Assembly (NCBI GenBank): GCA_030167865.1
Contig: JALAGF010004103.1
Location: forward strand, 1-55,263
Length of the DNA: 55,263 bases
Reading direction: 5' to 3'
Source of the DNA: Craspedostauros australis
Taxonomy: Eukaryota
This document shows positions 45,864-55,263 of this stretch, piece after piece (the stretch's first letter is position 1; every line of letters starts with the position of its first letter). Both the position numbers and the translations under genes were made by a program. Below the pieces are notes generated by a model, which saw nothing but the letters and a program-made list of their open reading frames with translations, ran no database searches and was not told the DNA's origin.

Positions 45864-47767
45864 ATGCAAACGAACGAATACGGGGCATACGACGCCTACG
45901 ACTACAACGATGTTGGCGTCCAGCAAGACGAGCACATCCTGGATCAGTCCATGCCATACCAGCAGCAGCTCCAGCCAGAGCAGCAAGCCGTGGCCTACGC
46001 CTTCGATGATCCCAAGATCGCATCGTTGCCACGCATCCTTCTGATGGGCCCTCGCAGGAGCGGAAAGACGAGTATTCAGGTCCGTTCAGTCGTCGCCAAA
46101 CGAACCAGTGTTGCGGTCTTGTTCTGCAGCGCAACATGGGATCTGATGCCCTTTCCTTTTGCTTGAACTTGAACTCGAACTCGAACTGTACTTCATCGCA
46201 TTTCATCTCGCCATGCTCGATCTCGGATCTCCGTTGTTCTACCAATATTCCACAGCATCATTATACACTATCCACATATTATATAATACCTGCCATACGA
46301 AAATCAACACTCTACTCAACTCATATTCACACCAATGCTCACCCGTATTCGACTCAACTTGACTCGACTCGCCTCGACTTGAATTCATCATCACAGCGTG
46401 TCATCTTCCAAAAGATGTCGCCCCACGAGACGCTGTTCCGGCTGGAACCCACGCAGAGGCTAGAGCGGGCAGTCGTGGACCATGCTCCGCTGTGCCGATT
46501 CACTATCCTCGACTTCCCGGGCGACTACTACGGCTATGACGACTTCGGCTACAACGACACCCAGGCGATGGGGCAGGGAGCAGGCGGTGCACCCGCGGAG
46601 CAGAATGGGATGGTCGAGATCGATCAGACCGCCACGTTCGGAGGCACCACTTCGTTGGTCTTCGTCATGGATGGGCAGGACGAGCCGTTCGCCAACGCCC
46701 TGCAGAGCCTCACGACGGCCATCCGGCGCGCGATCCAGGTCAATCCAAACATCGCCGTGGAGGTATTCATCAACAAGACGGACGGCGACCTCTTCTTCAA
46801 CGACGATGCAAAGTACGAGTGCCAGCGCGACATCATGGCACAGGTCAACGACGAGCTCAGGGAGGCTGGCCTCAGCCCGGACAGCATCCAGATCAGCTAC
46901 TACCTCACCAGCATCTACGATCACTCGATCTACGAGGCATTGTCACGGGTGGTGCAACGGCTCATCCCGCAATCGCCGACGCTGGAGAACCTCCTCAATG
47001 TCCTGGTTAACACATGCTTCTTGGAAAAGGCGTACCTCTTCGATGTGGTATCCAAGCTCTACCTCAGCACAGACGATGGCCCGGTTGACATCCAGAGCGT
47101 GGAGCTATGCTCCGACATGATCGATGTGGTGCTGGATGTTAGCAGCATCTACGGGCTGGGCCCATCGCACCTGGAGCTTGGCAATGGTCCCGCGAACGAG
47201 GGTGGAGAGGCGAATAGGCAGGACCCGATGGCGGCAGCGAGCACCAGCGCCGCGAATTCATCGGCGGATGGCCACGGAGGAGATGAACTGGTCGGCACGA
47301 TGATCAGTCAAACGCCGGGAGAAGCCCCCGACGAGGAGGAGATCGTGGACCCGGATTCTGCGTACGACAGTGAAAGTGCCAGCGTTATTCGTTTGAGCAA
47401 TGGAATGGTAAGTTCGTGCAGAGTACTACTCCGTGATATTGACGGCCGTGTTGGTTGTCATCAGTAGGAGTACTCTCCATTCTCGACTCTCGTACAGTTT
47501 TCATACTCGCACAATCTCAGCCCAGACTCATCCAGGTTCTGCCTTGCATATTTCATTCCATTCTGTTTCGTTTCACTTCATTTGGGTGATGCTCCTCGTT
47601 CGCAGGTGCTTTACCTGAAAGAAGTCGATACGATGCTGGCCTTGGTGTGCATAACTCGTGCCGAGAATTTCCGGAAGAAGAGTCTCATCAATTACAACAT
47701 CGGATGTTTGAAGAAGGCATTGCGTGCGTTGGTGCAACCGATTACGGAGAGTTCGAATTCAACGTAG
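45864..47767 (+). CDS. RRAGC: Rag GTPase C/D (Gtr2) homolog, 3 exons
   Basis: Exons 45864-46079, 46397-47407 and 47606-47767 (GT-AG, both introns phase 0); about 462 aa. RILLMGPRRSGKTSIQ|RVIFQKMSPHETLF, EVFINKTDG, YLTSIYDHSIYEA, AYLFDVVSKLY, ELCSDMIDVV, IRLSNGM|VLYLKEV. Confidence 0.93.
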
Positions 47768-48222
47768 CTCTGAGAGAATGCATGGTAGACACATTCCATG
47801 CTAATCATGATCGTGGTGGTTGTGATCATGATCGTGATCGCAATCATGTCCACCTCTGTTTCCACACTCATGGACATAGAGTGTGGCATTGACACGCCGT
47901 CCTTTCCTTTCGTCATGATGCGACATAGTGTGCTACTCCAGAGAGAAGTGAAGGCCACGAGCGTAACGCCCTTGCCTCAAAGGAAAGAGCATTGTCTTTG
48001 TTTACTGTGATCGTCTATCAGTTCTTACGTTGGCATCTGTTCTTGCGTTGCTTTTATGGTGTATACTAGTGTTTGGAAACAACAAATCAGGATGTTCACG
48101 GATGATGTGATGGCTACATCGTACGTTTCCTGTGGAACGAGACGGGGGGAGAAATGTACAAGCTTCGATGCGGGAAGCTGGTGTGCGGATCGGGGGATAG
48201 AGTGTGAAATCGTACAGACGCC

Positions 48223-51200
48223 TTATTCCTTGGTTGTCTCGTAGTATTTCACATACCCCAGATCCGTGCCATCACATTGTGCCTTGAGTCCGGCGAACTC
48301 TATCTCCCAATAACCTGTGGTCAGACCCGTCATGCCGAGGTAGTTGTCGAAGAGTTCCTCACCCTGCGCGATGTCAATCAGCGGGACGCCGCTGGAATAG
48401 AAGTGTGGCTTTCGATCCGTGCTTGGGTTGTATGCGTATGGTCTGGTCTTGACCTTCAAGATCTCAGCTGGGATATCATTGCCGGCATTCTCTGTGCTTT
48501 CGTGGACAGTGAGGTTGTGCCCGACGTTGTTGCTGCTCTTGCAGCCATGGTTGATGAATGTGTGGATGGAGGCATCCGAGTAGATGTGGATGCGACCTCT
48601 GTCGCTGAAGGCATGGCCGTACGCATCGACATACATCTCCAAGCTGTACGAATAGTGCTCGGCGTCGAAAGTGCTGTGGTTGTACTTGTACCAGCTGTTG
48701 ATGATGTCATATGTGCTCGGTTCCACGTACACGGTGTGCACCAGACGTTCCAGTCCAACGTACGAGTGCGCAGGGATATCCTCCTTCGCGAATACTCCAC
48801 GTCCAGCATTCTCACCGAGCGAGCTTGGCTTCACCTCCAGCATCGAAATGGGGAGATTTGCGCGAGTCTGGTCGAAACCTCTGTGCTCCATGCAACCTTG
48901 CGGCGTTGGTTCCCTGCGGCAGTACACCACCTCGCTCTGCTTTGATGGGAAGGCGTACGATGCCATCGTTGGACCATCGAAGTAATGCAACGGCACCTGA
49001 TTGTCCTTTGTTGGGACGACCCTGCTTCGGATCTTGTAGTTGACGACAGCTGGGTTATCAAACCAATCAGCCTTGGTGTCGTACTTCTTCATCGCGACGA
49101 TAATCTCCCATGCTGCGCTGAATCCACAATGGCTCTGCATCGTCAGAAACGAACGTTTGCAGTATATTGAATATTGTGGAGAGTTGTCGTTGGAGTGGGA
49201 ATGAATACGAATAATGACAAGGCATTGGGGTGAGGGTTCATGTTCCACGAAATGGTCGATCGGAATACTCGTAGAGTCGAGCGAAATGCAAAGTGACGCG
49301 GTGACCACAGCGTGTGCGATTGCAGTTCTGCGCAAGCAAACAATCTGACGACGATAACGATAACGACATGGCAACAAATTGGATGGTGCCTTTTGCAACC
49401 GGTCGAACATACCTCCTCGTAATTCCGCACGTGTCCGAAATCGAGATCAAGGAGCGAGAGGATGAACTTCATTCGGTTCTTGTTGATGGAGTGGTCTTCT
49501 GCCGGTTCTTTGAGATTTGGTGCCTGGCCGACCTGCGCTACCAGTATGCCGCTCTCGTCCAATGATCGCGAGATGGCCTTGAGGAACGTTCCCTCGCTGT
49601 AAAGGGCATCGACAAAGTCCACCTGGACTTGCGGATCCAACGCATCCATGATGACGACGTCAAAGAGATCAGCAAGAGGCTCTCCCACGGGGTAACGATC
49701 ATCAAACCACTTGAACGCGTCCTCGTAGTAGGTTTCCACTCTGGGATCATCCAAACAACTGTCCGCGCTGCCCATGAGGTTGCTGCAATCGTTCCACTGG
49801 GGAAGGTACTTGGTTGAGGCCTCCACCATGGTCTTGTCAATCTCAATCCAAACGACCTTTTCGACGGTGTTGTGCTTGAGCACCTCTCTGAGCGTGGCTC
49901 CCTCGCCACCACCGATGATGGCAACGCGCGTGGGATTCTCATGCGTGAACAGACCAGGGTGAACGAGGGCCTCGTGATAAGCAGCATCACCGCTTCTTCG
50001 GGATTGCAGCACACCGTCCAGGAAGACGATGCGGTCAGGTTCGAAGAATTTAGGATTTTGCATGTGGTAGGTGTTGTCTCCCTCGCCTCCCAGACCGATG
50101 GATTTTTCGTAGTCCTCGTGCGATTCCTTTCCAAGAAGGAAGGCATCATAAATCTCAATCTTCTGAAAGTTGGTCTGAACGGTTGCCACCTGTACCATCG
50201 CAAACAAATATGTGCATGCAGCGTATGCAGTGTATGCATTGTATGAGAATGGCATTGATGATACCATTAGAGAGTGAAAAGAGGGAAGAAGATGATGTGG
50301 GCACAGTCGCGTGGTTAGGTGTCGATGAGATGTCAACGAGATGGCAACTGTAGATACGCTGAATGGCAATAACGCATTGCGATATCCATCTATCTCTCCA
50401 TCCCTCCATCCGCCAATGCAAATTAGCAAGCTAGAGCATTCGAATAATCAAGAGAACAACGTACCGACTCCTTGTAATCCAAACGTTGGCCGATGGGGTA
50501 ATTGAGCACATCCGCGAGTTCCTCCGCACCGGGTTCGTTGTCTCCGCGGAATCCACGCAGCTTGTGCGCCCAAACAACGTGGGGGGTATCCACCTGCTCG
50601 CCTTCGTAGGCTGGCTCTCGTGGGATGCTGAAGAGCGCCTCCGCCTTTGGAACGACAGGCAGCAAGGAGTCGGGACCGCACGTGAAGAGATCGAGGGTGA
50701 TGACGCCACGCTCTGGCCATGTGTGGAAGGAGACGTGACTCTCGAGCAGCACGCCCGCACAGGTGACGCCCGTGGGCGTGAGCTTGTGGCAGTGGTAGGA
50801 GAGCAAGGTGAGGCCGCACTGGTTGACAAGATCCAGCATGGCGATCGCCAGCCGCTCCTCAGAATCCAGGAAGGCAGGGTCGACATTTTCGATGTCCATC
50901 AAGATGTGCTGCCCTGCTGGCAGATGCTCCTCGTCGTCGCCGTCCCCTTCGTCCAGATCAATACCGGCGGCGTCATCGGCGGTTGGCGCAGACGCTGCCA
51001 TGGAAGATCGAGAGCACTGCTGCTTGGCTCCATCTGCCGAAGCGTCATCGGAGCACACCGAAGCATCGGCAGCATCAGCATCATCACCACCTGCCTTGGC
51101 TCCCGAAGGAGTCTCGTTGGGCTTGATCCACCGCGATGAGACCGACGCAGATCTGGCGGTGTCGAAGTTCTTGGAGGTGTAGAGGGTGTGGGGGACGATG

Positions 51201-51490
51201 CGGCCGTCCTTCATGACAGGGTCCGGAAGCTCCGCCATGCGAGCTTCAGACCCCTGATTGGCGGAGGAGTGCAGAGCATCATCGAGGCTGCTGATTTGGG
51301 CCGTCAGCTGCATGCGCTCCTCCATGAGGTCTCTGAGCAGAGTCTGCTGAGCCCTGACGGCATCCTCGAACGGCGCATCGACCAGCAGGGTCCTGGCCAC
51401 TCTGCCAACTCCGAAGGCGCACAGGCACGTCGCGATCACCGACAGCACGACGAACCGCGACGATACAGCCACCTTGAATGCGTCCGTCAT
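48223..51490 (-). CDS. Membrane-anchored AdoMet decarboxylase-aminopropyltransferase-SET domain fusion (copy 2), 3 exons
   Basis: Exons 51490-50465, 50189-49413 and 49134-48223 (GT-AG introns, phase 0); about 904 aa. LLESHVSFHTWP..LDLFTCG; YHEALVHP..IIGGGEG..DVVIMDALDP; AGRGVF..FINHGC..DIAQGEELFDNY. Confidence 0.93.
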
Positions 51491-51501
51491 TGTTCTGCAC
51501 T

Positions 51502-51540
51502 TGTGGATCTGTGGATCTGTGGATCTGTGGATCTGTGGAT
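51502..51540. repeat. About 5 x 8-bp tandem repeat TGTGGATC immediately upstream of the copy 2 start codon
   Basis: Read directly. Confidence 0.9.
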
Positions 51541-53113
51541 TGATGCTGGATTGTGTGCTGGCACAATAGACTTCTCTTTGTTGAAATCGATTCAATTCGA
51601 CTCAGTTCGCTGGAACCCAATGCAACTCAACTCGATCTGCTCTCGGGTTGGTTGATGGTGTGGTTGTGGGGAGCAGTCGTTGATGTGACCATGATCGTGT
51701 GAGGGGGTTGCCACGAAGTTCGCGAATTTCGTCTTCTTGGTGTTCTCGGTGGTCTCGGTGTTCTTGGTGGTCTCGGTCTGCCGAGAAATCCGTTCGTGTT
51801 GTTCGGCGCAACTGCGTGAGTGGCCACAGATCGTGTGCTTGTGCATAAAACAGTGATTCTGTGGGCGCATAATAATTTCGGCCACGTGCTTCTCCTGTTT
51901 GCGCGCGTTCGCTGCGCCATGCAGACGTCGCAAAAATAACGGGCGCACGAAAGCAATGCGTGCTGTGAGAGAACAGATGTCCGTTGGGTGATTCCTTGTA
52001 CGTTGGGGAAGGTCACCAGTTAGGTGACAACCTCGACAGTCTGTCCGTCCGCACCATTTCAACACCGCATCCACAACGTCCACACAATGATAGTCACGCT
52101 TGTGATGTGCCCACGCGCAGTTTTTGACAAACAAACAAGAACTGCGACGAGCGGGCCGATGACCACATCGCGACGGAATGGCCAACACAGGAGCAAGCCA
52201 ACAACCAAACATGCGTCCGACCGGTGAAAAAGGGACACCAATGACAATCGTTCCTGCAGGATCCGTCACTTTCTCTCTGCGATAGTATGCTCGGTGCCGC
52301 AATACGTGTACTCAAACAATAATAGAATAATATTGTTTTTCGTTGTTGCCCAACTTGATTGCTGAAGCTCAAGGCTCAAGCTCGACTCTGCTCTACTCTC
52401 ATGTGCGCTTCGGCTTTCTCTCTTTCGGTGCACGCTCTGCCAAAAAACGAATTGGCATCTCTGCTCCGATGCGCTGCACTTGTTGTCAACCTTCACGACT
52501 TCCCGAACCCTCCTTCCACAACATCAACGGCACGTGCAAGTGCAATTTGTTCCCGAAATCACACCACACCGCATAGTTCACCGAACTGGATTTCCTTGGA
52601 TAGGGGCCAGGTAGAATTGAGTGGAGTGGTGTGGAGAGTGGAACAGGGCCTCGTTCTCGAGGCGGTTGACTAACCAATGGAGGGAACGAAATCCGAACGC
52701 GACATGGCGTTTGCGAACTTGGCTGCGTTCGCAGCCTGGGTGGCGAGGCAGCAACGAAGAAAGAACATGAGGATCCACGTCTCAAACGAATTGTTGTATG
52801 TCATCATCGCATGCCGGACAGACTCCACCAAGAAGAACACACGACCAATACCAAGACACAGGGAATCCAACAAGCGAAGCAAAACAGAGGAACACCCGAA
52901 GCAGCACCATCCACACATGATCCAAGTCTCCTGTCGTTTCTCCACCCACCCATCCATCAAGAAGACAAGGGATCCAACAAGGCAACGAAAGGAAAGGAGA
53001 GCTCTGCGGGTACTCAAAGCGCAATCCTCCACTGTACGGAAGCACTCCATTATTGTCTCCAGTACTGCCCTGACATGCTCGTATTCTATAATATATAGTA
53101 ATGCAATACGACA

Positions 53114-54094
53114 ATGGGAAACCTCTATGGATACACCGACTATGATGGACCGAACCTCGAGGCGGCTGCGGACCATCGGAGGCAGCAGTCATCGCACGTG
53201 ATGCCCATGACGTCCTCCCAATATACTCAGCAGCAACAGCAACAGCAGGATCGCAACGACCGGTACTTCGAAGAAGAGGACGACGACGAGAACGATCCAT
53301 TGCGAGCGGGAATGTGGATGGAAGGCGACTCGCTGGCACCACCGTGCGGCAGCTCGATCCCGCTGATCCACTCCATCCTGGAATTTGGCAAGGTGACGGA
53401 CGATGATGTGATGTACGACTTTGGCGCCGGCGATGGGCGCGTGTGTTTGGAGGCTCTGGTGCGCAAGCAATGCCGCCATTGCGTGGGCGTGGAGCTGGAG
53501 GAGGATCTGGTGGAAAAGGGGAACAAGATGATCGAGAACTTGCCGGCTGAGTACAAGGCGATCAAGTCAGCAGCAGCAGTAGCAACATCTGCGTCGACTG
53601 AGGTGGAACCTGGTGATGCAGACAGACCATCCCCACAAGATGCGGCCCAGCGAACGGCGCCGAGAATACAGCTCGTGCAGGCTGATCTACGCACGGTGTT
53701 GGACGCTCTGGTGAAACAGGCTGCCACTGTGAGAAATGACGAGGCCAAGCTGGACGAGCTGAACGCCAAGACTGATGAGGCTGGGGGCAAAGGCGACGAA
53801 GACAAGGGTGGAGGTGTGGAGTGCGAGAAGCTACCGCTGCCCACAGTGATCGTGCTGTACCTGCTGCCGGACGCCATCGCGGAGATCCAAGCCGAGCTGC
53901 TGTACCTGATGAAGAAGGATTGCCGCATCATCTTCAACACGTGGGGATTTCCTTCATCTTGCGAGCTGAAACCGATCGACGTGACGGAGGTGCACGAGCG
54001 GAATGGCGCCAGTACGAGCCTGTTCCTGTACACGCCGGAATGCTACGAGAGGTTGGCGGGGTTTGAGTACATGCTGAAGGTGTACAACTCGTAG
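53114..54094 (+). CDS. Class I SAM-dependent methyltransferase, FAM173/DOT1-like
   Basis: APPCGSS..ILEFGKVTDDDVMYDFGAGDGRV (motif I), VGVELEEDLV, IQLVQADL, TVIVLYLLP, RIIFNTW; single 326-aa ORF. Confidence 0.8.
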   Translation: MGNLYGYTDYDGPNLEAAADHRRQQSSHVMPMTSSQYTQQQQQQQDRNDRYFEEEDDDENDPLRAGMWMEGDSLAPPCGSSIPLIHSILEFGKVTDDDVMYDFGAGDGRVCLEALVRKQCRHCVGVELEEDLVEKGNKMIENLPAEYKAIKSAAAVATSASTEVEPGDADRPSPQDAAQRTAPRIQLVQADLRTVLDALVKQAATVRNDEAKLDELNAKTDEAGGKGDEDKGGGVECEKLPLPTVIVLYLLPDAIAEIQAELLYLMKKDCRIIFNTWGFPSSCELKPIDVTEVHERNGASTSLFLYTPECYERLAGFEYMLKVYNS

Positions 54095-54309
54095 GCCGAG
54101 GAAGCGTTATTGGAGGAACAAGAACGACGTGACGATGCATTGAGCCAGCAACAGACACACTGCAGGAATAGTCTGGCGTTCCTTTATTCAATCCAATCCG
54201 GTTCAATTCAACTCTATTCAATTTTAATGAATCGCATTCCATCGTATAATGTGACAATAGATAAAATACATACGAGTACGAGCTATGTAGCCTGGTGAAG
54301 TAGAGTACT

Positions 54310-55263
54310 ATTATACACAATTTCCAAAAGGAACCAAAATTCCGGAAGAAATTGTCGCAGCAAACAAACACGAATAAACAAATAAAAGAAAGACAACAGA
54401 CAGCAAAAATAACCAGTAAGACAACGAACCAACGATGGCGACACCGAGGAGCAAGATGACGAGACCGTCCGGCCAAATGCCGATGGAAGCGTATATCCGA
54501 GGAGCAATCAACAACAACAAAACAACAGGAGTAGAGAGAAGAGAGGGAGAGGCGCAAGAGGGATTGAGCAGGAGAAGAATTGGGCAAGAAACGGGCAAGA
54601 ACGATGGAAAGCAAGGGAGAGGGGCACGAAAAGTCGAGTGCGCAGCAGGGAAGTATTGCAAGGGAAGAGGAAGGGCGGCAGCAGCAGTCAGATGCATCGC
54701 GTGCGGAGAGCCGGCACACAGAGAGTGTAGGGCATGGATTAAGCCAGAAGAAGGGCTGACAACACCGAGAGGGTTCCCGGTGGTCTGCAAACAATGTATC
54801 GCAAAAGAAGGCATCAACGTCCAAGAAGAAAAAACAGGACAGCAATACGTGGGGTCATCGGAAGACGCCATCCGAAGAGCACTGAGCAAGAAGTGGGGAA
54901 AGATGAAGAATGCGAAAGGCAACAATGAAGGTACGGCGAAGGATGATGGAGAAAAGCAAGGAGAAGAGAGCAAGCAGGCAACGCGGGTACAGGAACCGAC
55001 AGCAAACGACGAGGACGAGGGTGCAGAGGCAGAAACACGAGACAAGACGGGGGAGAAGAAGAGGGACGAAGAGGGAGCGGACGACAGCAGTGAAGATGAG
55101 AACGAATGGGACGACGAATGGGAAGAGACTACGAAAGGAGGAGGAGACGACGCGCAACAAGAGAAAGGAGGTGCAGAAGGAGGGAACAAGAAGAGGACGA
55201 CAAGGAGCCCGCGACACGCGATGCAAGAGGAACAACCACACAAAAGGACGGACCTGCGTAGAA
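54310..55263 (+). mobile_element. Putative 5' end of a LINE-like element (boundary approximate)
   Basis: Abrupt switch to a strongly A/G-rich, T-poor plus strand unlike host genes; A-rich leader; PHD-type ORF1. No reverse transcriptase is visible in the window. Confidence 0.55.
54435..55263 (+). CDS. PHD-finger-containing ORF, open to the window end; probable ORF1 of a non-LTR retrotransposon
   Basis: Manual translation from ATG 54435 has no stop: MATPRSK...VECAAGKYCKGRGRAAAAVRCIACGEPAHRECRAW..VVCKQC (C4-H-C3 spacing), then an E/D/K/G-rich linker. Absent from the ORF track because no stop codon falls in the window. Confidence 0.7.
   Translation, partial: MATPRSKMTRPSGQMPMEAYIRGAINNNKTTGVERREGEAQEGLSRRRIGQETGKNDGKQGRGARKVECAAGKYCKGRGRAAAAVRCIACGEPAHRECRAWIKPEEGLTTPRGFPVVCKQCIAKEGINVQEEKTGQQYVGSSEDAIRRALSKKWGKMKNAKGNNEGTAKDDGEKQGEESKQATRVQEPTANDEDEGAEAETRDKTGEKKRDEEGADDSSEDENEWDDEWEETTKGGGDDAQQEKGGAEGGNKKRTTRSPRHAMQEEQPHKRTDLRR

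Noticed and set aside
45864-51490. Functional link between RagC (TORC1 nutrient sensing) and the adjacent SAM-consuming fusion gene
   Set aside because: Only convergent adjacency; nothing in the sequence supports coupling.
51600-52700. CNGTTR Myb cores upstream of fusion copy 2
   Set aside because: The count is about what chance predicts (roughly one per 250 bp on both strands).
54311-55243. 310-aa and 303-aa minus-strand Ser/Phe/Leu-rich ORFs
   Set aside because: Antisense artefacts of the purine-rich plus strand; the plus frame carries the PHD finger.
1-55263. CRISPR arrays, rRNA, operons or prokaryotic defence systems
   Set aside because: No repeat-spacer arrays or rRNA-like sequence seen; the genes are spliced and eukaryotic.

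Overview
Eukaryotic nuclear DNA, very probably from a diatom: GT-AG introns, bipartite plastid-targeting presequences, and diatom-type polyamine fusion genes. I can build about 19 protein-coding gene models plus one tRNA-Ser(GCT). They include an MFS transporter, HSF, bZIP and Tudor-R2R3-Myb transcription factors, a cyclin, complex I PSST, MAPEG, a secreted CIA30-like protein, a small Tat-targeted lumen protein, Spt5, YciI, RagC/D and a class I methyltransferase. The standout is a pair of convergent paralogous genes about 14 kb apart, each encoding N-terminal membrane anchor + AdoMet decarboxylase + aminopropyltransferase + SET methyltransferase. This fusion type has already been proposed as the long-chain-polyamine (biosilica) synthesis machinery of diatoms. 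What may be new is the local clustering, the unshared intron positions, a conserved unexplained stalk motif, and the neighbouring lysine-methyltransferase-like gene and Lys-rich protein. The window ends in an A-rich, PHD-finger ORF that the ORF track missed, probably the 5' end of a non-LTR retrotransposon. All splice models are manual inferences from sequence and have no transcript support.
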